The notes under the pieces are model-generated. The model saw only the letters and a program-made list of their open reading frames with translations, was not told where the DNA came from and ran no database searches. The translations under genes were made by a program, and so were the position numbers. DNA of 44,495 nt, the filler included, from Sphacelaria rigidula (taxonomy: Eukaryota), in the NCBI GenBank assembly GCA_964200075.2. It is 2 parts of 2 records of this genome, joined end to end, with 100 filler letters (N's around TTAATTAATTAA, not from the genome) between each part and the next. Parts side by side here need not be neighbours in the genome. Positions count along the whole stretch, not along the records: positions 22,306 to 44,495 come from CAXNAA020000346.1; 1 more part is not named here. One strand, 5' to 3'. This document shows, piece after piece, positions 36,101 to 44,495 of this stretch. How positions within the stretch are numbered: the stretch's first letter is position 1; each line of letters begins with the position of its first letter.

Positions 36101-36777
36101 CCGATACCAAGCCAGGGCGTGCATAAGACAATCTGAACACCCGACAAGAGGTTGTCCGCTACACATTGATCGATTCACGAATGGCGAGGTCGAGGAATAA
36201 CCCAAGGAAGGCAAGCAATCAATGAACGAACAGTGAAGAAATTCAGGCCGGCAGCTGTTCATGTTATGTCCCCGGAGTTGGGGATAATCGTGTGACCAGC
36301 GGAGTGTTGTTTCGATTGGTGGGTGCAAATATTTGTATGATGATCCCCCACAAGAGTTGCTACCTTGAGGGCTACGTTCGTGCCCTGGGTGATACGTTTA
36401 ACTTTGTGGTCATAATGTGGAGCACACACAGGTCGTTTCTCGTGGAGAGCTTTCCTCTCGCGGGGAGCAGGTCAGCTAGCACGCTGCCTGATATGGTGGG
36501 AACCCTTCGCCCAAGTTGTGTAGAGGACAGATTTTGCAGGCCTCAAGCAACGTCATTGACGCCGTACCACTGGACGTCTAGTTTGATGTGAGGTCGCCAG
36601 CCTTTCAGCGATCATCACCTGCAAGAATACTTGACTGACGACGGCCATTCTCTTCATCGTTCATCATTATGTGTCGCGCTGTGTCAGGTGCGGGTGAGGG
36701 CAGACAGGGCTAGATCTCGGATGCAAAAAGAGAAGAAGATGAGACAACTTAACATTGCGTACGGAAGGTCCGGTTGA
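24452..36777 (+). CDS. CEP95: CEP95-like centrosomal protein (N-terminal DUF5745-type domain, low-complexity middle, C-terminal coiled coil)
   Basis: Exons 24452-24529, 28515-28634, 29032-29189, 29543-29595, 29970(or 29981)-30199, 30456-30812/30829, 31291-31365, 32105-32176, 32402-32536, 32846-32925, 34842-34986, 35882-36043, 36688-36777 (TGA). HNAQMVVDALAGPILNMDLSHITGEAIVRGDTLAIR|NLVDIF matches recalled CEP95 [56 protein letters not shown] parallels DSMENYYKDQFSLL. Two internal junctions are uncertain. Confidence 0.85.
25014..25228. repeat. Direct repeat, 2 x ~75 bp with 140-bp period
   Basis: AATCGGATCTTTAGTG--GCTTGAC-GTCCCGTG-GCTCCT-GCGT-CGCA-AACGCG-TTTCGT---AATCGGC at 25014 and 25154. 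Confidence 0.85.
25369..25452 (+). pseudogene. tRNA-derived sequence (SINE head or tRNA pseudogene)
   Basis: A box TGGCTCAGTTGG (25376-25387), B box GGTTCGAATC (25420-25429) and a T-run (25446-25452). The D stem and acceptor stem do not pair properly. Confidence 0.65.
25495..25712. repeat. Interspersed repeat family D, copy 2 (inverted relative to copy 1; in CEP95 intron 1)
   Basis: Reverse complement aligns with 23181-23400. Confidence 0.75.
27759..28185 (+). mobile_element. 5'-truncated LINE (family A) encoding the C-terminal zinc-binding region of ORF2, with target-site duplication
   Basis: Translates CPRGKATESRTHTVAECELYKEEW..., a degenerate C-x-C-x(n)-E-x3-H-x4-C motif typical of non-LTR ORF2 C-termini. 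Flanked by CCCCACCCCCCCTCAAATATCAT (27736-27758) and CCCCACCCCCTCAGATATCAT (28186-28206). Confidence 0.8.
30086..30142 (+). repeat. (CAT)6(CAG)13 coding microsatellite (polyH-polyQ in the CEP95-like exon)
   Basis: Directly visible; in frame within the exon ending at 30199. Confidence 0.85.
33784..33793. other. 10-N assembly gap within a CEP95 intron
   Basis: Ten N; exon phase is continuous across it (32925 phase 2 to 34842 phase 2). Confidence 0.95.
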
Positions 36778-38233
36778 CTGGACAACACCATCGTCATCAT
36801 CCCTACTCCATCAACTAGTCTGTTGTGTGCAATGTACCTGGGCACAAGAAAGAGGGATGGAAGGCGCTACACTGGTCTAGAATAAGTAGGTTGACGGAGT
36901 GTGGAATTCCAGCGATGACTTCATCGTTCTTGCTTGGTGCTTTTTGTACATAGTTTGTGTTGGCCTTGCTCGGGGAGTGGTTCCCGTGGAGTTATGTGCA
37001 CAATACGGTATCCTGAATGGTAGCTTAGGGTTAGGTACCAAGCGTGGCGGAGGATCGAAGGCCATGGCCGGCTTTTGATCAGTACGTTTTTTGTTCAGCT
37101 GATAGACGAGACTTTGGATTGAAGGTAGCTACCCCTCAAATATGTCTGTGATACCGTATCGTGTGACCTTAGGATGTTGATGCTGGTGGATATACTCAAT
37201 TTTTTTGTTGTAATAAATAGTACTTGAACGAATTAACGTCTATCAATGAGAGATCATGTACGGGATGGAGGAAGTATATACATCGTACACCAACATGCGA
37301 CACTGTTCGTACAATGGACGGCTTGATGTGGCTCGTGATTGTAATGAGCGTGTCAAGTACGGGTGGATTACAAGATCGATTTCTACTCCCAACGCACAGC
37401 GAATACAAACATTGCTCGGACGGTTTCGGCATCCCCTTCGCATCCACTAGGTAGTACGGGGACACTCTTGACAACCGAAGTGAGCAAAACGCAAGCTGGT
37501 CGACCTACTTGTACGGTTGCCCGCCCCAGTTCCCACTTCCCACAAATATTCAAGTTCCTGGATTACACGTGAAAAAGCCACAGCTTCATAAGCCGTGACG
37601 AGTAGATTACCCTATTGTATGCCTCACTTTAACGATACAATATTATACAGTTCAATTGGTACGTTCATCTAGGCAAACCGCTACTCCACAGGACACCGTG
37701 ATGACAAGACCTTCAGTACTAGGCACTAATGCTGCCTGACCGACGGACTGTCAGTCATTCCTAAACAACAAATGGCCCCTGGTTGATTGGACCGAGCAGG
37801 GTAACGCTCAGGCGAGGCCTTCCATTCCAGCGGCAGGATTGCGTACCTAGTCTTGTTTTCATGACTCTCGGGTGCTCAGTAGTCGAAGAGTCAATGCCCG
37901 CTCCGAGCCTGTGTCGACATAGGGCAGGGGCAGGGTATAACATATTTCACGCTCGTTCTCACGGGTGACGTGGTCGGTAGGAAAGCATCATTCTCGCTAC
38001 TTTCATGCTGCTATAAATGTATGGTGCATGTGCGCCCGAGTCATGAGGACAACTTGAACGACACGCACACCAAAAACCTTCACGACGACATTGGGTTGGT
38101 GTGGTGGACTGTGGCACCCGGGCCTCGTGAATCTTCATTGACCATATGGTTCACAAATCACCGCCAGTACAAAAGTGATGTGTGCTTTTCACCAGCACAA
38201 AGTTCTACTCACCCGGAACCAAGACCTGTTGAC

Positions 38234-41200
38234 CTCATCCACCGAAGTTGAGGGTCTGACGGTACTTTGCACCTTGGCTGTGGAGGCGTCATCTGCCGTG
38301 CTAGATATCGAGTAGCGTTTATCGAGAGCTTGCGTATCCTCTGTCACCGTTTCAACCGCCGCTGCATCTGCTGTCGCATTGGTGGAAGCACCATCTGATG
38401 CGGCAGCGGTAGCGGCTTCGCTGATGGACACATGGGTGACGGGATCGGCGAATAATTTGTCCGTGCCCATTCCTGCGTCCTGCAAGTAGTCAAAGCAGAG
38501 AGAGCAACGTGAATATCCGAACAAGTTGAAGAAACGGTTGAGCAAGGAGTGTCAGCACACCGGGAGCAGCGAAGTGCGCATATTTACATCCGAGATTCGG
38601 GGGTAGTTGGCATGGTGTCGTCTAAAACCCGAGGCCGATATCTCGATATTTCGGCCGTGCCGGATAACAGCCGATCATCGAAATTGAGGATGGAGCTTTT
38701 CATTGAGGATGAGAAGCCAGGGGATTAAAATCTTCGTATCCCCACCAAATCTTCGAAACATGGTTCCATTCCTTCACATACTAGTAGCTATTGTCAAGTA
38801 CCACACGTCATACAAATTTGGATTTCGATAATCGAAATGTTGGGGTCCTAGTTGAAAAACACGTTTGGGGAGTTTCGGTGATCCGATTTGTCAAGTACTA
38901 CACGTCATACAAATTTGGATTTCAACAACCGAAATGTTGGGGTCCTAGTTGAAAAAACACTTTTGGGGAATTTCGGTTACCCGACTTGACAATAGCTACC
39001 CGTATGTGAAGGAATGGAACCATATTTCGAATATTTGGTGTGAATACGAAGGTTTTAATCCTCCGGGTTCTCATCCTCAATGAAAAGCTCCATCCTCAAT
39101 TTCGATGATCGGCTGCTGGATGCGGGTCGTGCAGGATAGTACGGTAGTGACCACTTCTACCAGTCATTCTGAATTAGAAAGACGTTGACAGAAAAACTGC
39201 AATGATAAACGATGCTAAATGCCTCCATTCCAAGTATGACGGCAACATATGGAGGAATGCAACGGAACACTTCTGATTGCTGAGATTTTAGACTACCTGG
39301 TGTTGACTGGCTCCACACTTTACCTTCACTGGCGTCACAGGGACCGTGGAAGACTCCATTCCAACATTGTCGGCACCGAATGTGATGCCAGTCTTGGAGA
39401 CTGCGGCACGTTCCATGATGCCGTATGATCCAAGAGATGACTGCGTATGTCACATGGAATTTTGGGGTGTAGTGTGCGTGCGCTCAGCTCCGGTGGTTGA
39501 TCGTCATATATATTCCAGTCTAGCATGATTGACTTTGTAAATTCTCCTGTCCACAGTCTCCTGTTTTACACGTTTTTTTCTAATCGTCACAAACTCGTTC
39601 TTGGACTGAGGCTAGATCACCAGAATGTACACGACAATAAACCTGCGAAACGCAACCCGGCCATCATCCGCACTCCCATACAGTGGTGCCGTTGCTGCCT
39701 GTACAGCCTCAATCACGCCAGAATTTTATTTACACAGAAAACATATTAGACGTGGAGTAATGGGGTATGGCGTCATCAACATGGAGCGTGTTATTTCCCG
39801 ACCTCGTGTAATGACTTGCTCCCACAAATCGTACAAGCTTGGAGATCTGTTACCTAAATTCAAGATCGGTATGCAAGCTTGAATCGTGTCTATGCAGGTG
39901 TGAACGCCGACTACCAAGCGATAACCAAACAAGCAGGCATTTAACGTCAACCTTTGTCAACACAGTGGCGTCGCCGACGCCGACGGTTTCGGCTCCAAAT
40001 GTAATCGACTTGGACTTGTCCACAGGAAGACGTTCGATGAATCCGTGCGAACCCTGGTGTGACATGCAAACGCCCGACATTGCAGTGAGGCACACGGTTG
40101 AGATTTGTAAGATTCTGTGTTTCAACGACTGAGACAGACTTCCGCTGACAACCAAAGCTATGAAGGATACTAGATTTGCTCCGAGGAGTAGGTCGACATG
40201 AGAGTTGGGTACGGCGTGGTGTGCGACATCAGTGGTCGAGCAATACCTTGGAAAGTTTTGCCACAACTGTGGTGTCTCCCGTCCCCGCGTTCTCAGCACC
40301 GAAGGTGATGCCAGTGCTAAGAACCTGAATAATAGTATAAAGTGCATCAAAACGAGCAGCCATCAAACAAGGAGATGAAATCTAATCTATGCAAAATAGT
40401 TGGATCATTGGAAGTTTCAGTATCTATTATAAGAGTAGGATTTTCCATTTGGTTGTCAACTCCACTCGGGGATGATAAGCTACTGGGAATAACTTTCGTT
40501 TGTGTTGTCGGTCGAACAGTAACCGCACAACAGTCCCTGCTGCGATGCACATCATGCCTGCTGTTACTTACCGCCTACGCTTCGTTTGAGACTTGTATCC
40601 TCACCTTGCCGGGGGGGTTTGACACGTGAACCGAAAATATCCACAGTCGCCTCTTACCTGCGAGCGCTCCATGCACCCTGCCGAGCCCATGGTCAGCTTT
40701 GCAAAAGAGGAGTTGACTCGTGCCTGTTGTTTCTGTTTGTCACTGAACACTCTCTTGTTTACCTGCAGCACAAACACAGCACGTCACGTACGGAGCGTGG
40801 AACCGAAAAGAGAGTGGGGGGGGAGGGGGTAGGTAGCCTGTTAAAGTATCGTGCAGACAAGTAGTATACCGGTAGGGTCATTGAAAAAAAATACGCGGCT
40901 CCTTATTCGTACTCTTGCTGTATAAGTACACCACATTATCAAGGATATTCCTTACCTGGTTTTGCTTCGCTCCCAGGTGTGGACCGTGGAAGTCGGGACA
41001 AGTAGTCTGGACGGTAGAACCTAGCGCAAAAACACAACGCACCACTAGCCCGATATCCTTGTTCTCGAAAAGGTCCACTGAGCAACAGAACGCGAAGGTA
41101 GGTCGAGCAGTTGGTCAGAAATTCGCGCACTATACCCATATCCCGAATACACAAGAATCGCGGGGGGATTAAGAGGACGTGACTCTTGTGTACGCCGTTC

Positions 41201-41527
41201 GTGTTTCGCCGCTGCTAACATGTTTATATCGTTTGTTCGTCGATGCAGTATACTGTACCTCCGGGAGGGGCGTGCTACTCTTTCTCGAGTCCTGCCGCCG
41301 ACCTCTGCTTCTCCCACACGAAGCCGCGTCTAGAGGCGCAATGTTTGCGCCGTTCACGGATCGTGCTTCCTCATTTTACCGCGTACTTCAAAAGCGCACA
41401 AAAATCAGCGCGGAACCGGGGTGGTATCGGTCCCGCCGAGTTGGACATGGAACATAGTATACGCAATGGGCTACCACACACCTGTTTCGAATAAGCTGTG
41501 TTCCGCAACTCCCAAAGCTCTGCATGC
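38234..41527 (-). CDS. Calponin/transgelin (myophilin)-like CH-domain protein with divergent C-terminal repeats; 5' exons and stop not resolved
   Basis: Phase-consistent exons 41482-41527 (ACRALGVAEHSLFET), 40956-41077 (VDLFENKDIGLVVRCVFALG...GPHLGAK), 40658-40762 (NKRVFSDKQ...LTMGS), 40247-40324, 39952-40053, 39324-39440, 38234-38479. F-x-TVDLFE-x-KD and KR-x-F-x3-Q are transgelin/calponin hallmarks. Confidence 0.85.
38668..39115. mobile_element. MITE-like non-autonomous DNA transposon with 132-bp terminal inverted repeats
   Basis: 38668-38799 is an imperfect reverse complement of 38984-39115, with the outer ~48 bp perfect (CAGCCGATCATCGAAATTGAGGATGGAGCTTTTCATTGAGGATGAGAA). The interior is a 2 x 97-bp tandem repeat. 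Confidence 0.9.
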
Positions 41528-44495
41528 CTGTTGAGGCAGAAACCGGGCGTGGGGCGTCAACAATGCACGGCACACCAAGCTTCAGAGAGATACAATAACC
41601 GAGCACCGGGCTGATCGAATTGCAGCTATTGCTACGCCCAAGGTTGACTCATGTTGCCTTCGTTCGTGTGTAAAGAGGAGAAATCATGGGCTTGATCAAT
41701 CACATGGTGCCATTTTTAACCTGGAATTCGTTAGCTGACCTTGAACTTTTCGGCATGAGACTGTTCTATACAGTGCTGTTGACAAGAGAACAATCGTGAA
41801 AAGGTGTAAAAATGATATAATGGTCATGTTCAACAGCCCCTCCCGCGATCAACACAACACCGATGCCCGCAAATCCAATTCATACAAGCGATCTGAGATG
41901 TAAGTGACTGAGGGATGCCTAAGACTAGGGCCCAGAAGCGCGTTAAAGCGCGGACAACGGCCCTCAAACAAGATGAGCACAAAATCAACTGCTGACAAGA
42001 AGACACCTGCCAGAAACACCAGTTACTCTGATAGACTGTCGACTTAGCCTTCACAAGGCGGGTGCAGACTACCTTCAGTACGTAATGTAGTCGGCGTGCG
42101 CCTTTACCCAACTCCCTTGCGAAAGCAACGATGGAATCTGCAAAATCGATTATGGATGCCTTTATCTAACGTTCACGGTAACAACGACGACCAAACACGA
42201 CGGTGTGCTGCTCTCGGTGCGACCGAACTTGCTGGCAATTTCGGAGGGAAAGTGTGGCGATTTCATGCTTGCTTTTCGCGCCTCGTCCAAGGACCGGTGC
42301 ATCGGAAAATGAAGGATTCGCTCGTGTCAGATATATCACTACATCGACCAGCACTTCTCCCGACGGAGAGCGCACGTTTCCCATGGACCAGCACCTTTGG
42401 GGGAAAGATAGCACAAAGGAATATGTTGTCGACACTAGATAAAGTCTTCTCGTTTTCCGAACGTGGATGATGGCAATAGTACTTAAATAACTGACTGGTG
42501 ACTATATGAATCAGAAGCTGAGTTCGCACAGAACCGTCGTCCTTGCATGAGTGCAGTAAAGCAGGGCTGCAAGCAGCAGAGCAAAGGGTACACCACGCCA
42601 CCAACAGAGAGATAGAGAAATAAGAATCAGTATTGTCCTGTGCATACCGACCGAACACCGCTGATACGAGCTGAACCAGGAAGCGCGCTGTGTACGAGCG
42701 TATACGAACATGGTTAATGCCTCAATTTCAAAGGCTCATCGTGAATGGTTTGTACGGTCACGTACTTGATGTTTGCTCAACCTCAGTACAGAAAACGGTT
42801 CGCTGAACAATAGAGACATGAGCAGTTTATTGCTGAACGTCGATAAGTGAGACAGGTTTCGTTGGCACACCCCGCCACAAGAAGGCACGTCATCTGGTGC
42901 CTGTGGACAACGGTGCCTCTAGACAATGCTTCACTCATGCTCCGAGAGTGGTGTCGGTTTCTTCATAGTTTATCGTCGGTACACAGCTGTAGCTGTCAGC
43001 GCTTCGTTTTTGTGGTGAGTTTTCAAGATATTACGTATGAAATCATCAGACTGGTGGTGGTGTAACGCAGGGGCGGGTCCGTGCTAAGGCACTTCTTGAG
43101 GCGAAACTACGAATAAGACAGATATTTTCGACTAGCCAAGAACTTTCGCCCCCGTAATGCAGGTTTCGCTTTTGTCTACTATCATCCGCCTTCCTGCCGA
43201 TTGCCGCCAACAACAAAGCCGCTCTCCCTTTTCTTTCCCGTCTCCACCGCCATTCAGTAGTGTAGTACAGTACATCACAGTATTTCAAACAAATTCATCG
43301 GCTAACACGCACAGCAGAAGCAGCGTACCGCTATGTCGTACCTAGCAGGCAGTCGCTGCAAACTCTCGCAGCTCATGTCGGACCCGCAGAGCTCTACCAG
43401 TCGCAAATGCGACGGGCAGCTGCACGTTGTTTGCGGTGTGCAAGACACTCTTGGCACTTCACGCATTTCTTCCGAGTTCTGTGTACTGTGTGTATTCGGG
43501 CCACCACTGCATGTTTCGTGAATGTATATTCGAGAGTATCGAGAACATCAGCATCGTCATCATCGAACATGCACAGTACACTAGTTCCACGGAAGTAGTT
43601 CACAATTTGGGTTCCTACACTCTGGTAGGTATATCAACGGATGGCGTGACGAAAAAAGTGTTTCACCACACACACCACAAAAAAAGAACGTTTACTCGTA
43701 CCGGAGTGGATGGCGTACGAAGTATACAGTAGCATGGTAGTGTACACCTAAAAAACGACGTCTACCAAATGCAACGGCATGCTACGCCGGATGAAGTGGG
43801 CTCTACCAGTGTTGTTCCTTTTCAAAGTTATGGAGGCATTGTACTGAAATTCTAATTCATCATCCGCGGCGTCAATTGAAGACGGTCATACTCTAAGGCC
43901 TAAAATATGCTGAGACTAAAGAGGGCGGACGTCCTTGGAAGAGAGGTCTCCACACCAGCACGGATACCTGGCGCTACAGACCAGCTTTCGCGCGTTTGAC
44001 AGCCGGATGGGAAAGGATGCCTATCACTACGAATGCAGAAAGCGTTTATTGCACGATATGTATTCGCGCAATTGTAAGTTGACACTGTGTGTTCCCAGTG
44101 CCAGTACAACGAGTACTGTAGAACTGACTGTACGATGTGAGCCACGGCTCGACAGGGCTAGAATACCCGCGATCCGTTCGTGCAAAAGAAACAAATTGCA
44201 ACTCGTGCTCTGTTCTACTATGGAACCAAGTGAAAACTCTGCACAAGGGTGATCACGCGCCTGCCAGAGAAAGGTGAATATCTTCACGTGGGAGCACACT
44301 ACGGAAGAATATCTGATTGATTCTGGTAGAAGAAAACTACAGCAACTGCCCCTGTCCTTTTCAGACCGTCGTGGTAACGCCCAAGCTAGATCTGGCACTG
44401 TGAAGGAGGAGATGTTGCCCCCTGCCCGAGCAGGTCCGCAGTGGCCCTTGACACAAGACACTCATCTCCTTGGCTGCGTTGTGGGGCCGCGTCTT

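Noticed and set aside
5428..36777. TTC16-CEP95 as a cilium/centrosome gene cluster
   Set aside because: The genes are on opposite sides of an artificial linker, so physical linkage is unproven.
41600..44495. N-terminal CH-domain exons or another gene
   Set aside because: No exon with CH motifs (LKDGxxLC, ENIxxFL) or other convincing coding signal was found by eye; probably intron, but missed exons cannot be excluded.
1..44495. CRISPR arrays, operons or endogenous giant-virus genes
   Set aside because: No regularly spaced repeat-spacer array and no intronless gene-dense block; the coding content is spliced eukaryotic genes.

Overview
Intron-rich eukaryotic nuclear DNA, most consistent with a brown alga (Phaeophyceae); this is inferred from short exons, kb-scale introns, the repeat style and the gene content. 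The window is two sequence pieces joined by an artificial 100-bp linker (N44-TTAATTAATTAA-N44, 22206-22305). Left piece: the 3' end of an unidentified plus-strand gene (to 2489) and a minus-strand TTC16-like TPR gene (about 16 exons, 5428-21781, 5' end unresolved). That gene has a ~290-aa insertion, a predicted GC-AG intron and a tandem duplication of one splice donor. Right piece: the first two coding exons of CNOT11 (minus, cut off by the linker), head-to-head (329 bp between ATGs) with a complete CEP95-like gene (24452-36777), then a convergent calponin/transgelin-like CH-domain gene carrying three unusual ~36-aa repeats. Introns and intergenic DNA hold 5'-truncated LINE 3' ends that sit in C-rich tracts and share a terminal stem-loop, a long-TIR MITE, a tRNA-derived Pol III-like unit and microsatellites. 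Exons were called by hand from splice sites and phase; homologies are from recalled sequences, not database searches. I see no convincing wholly new biological system. The best leads are the non-canonical calponin-like repeat and the C-tract-associated LINE ends.
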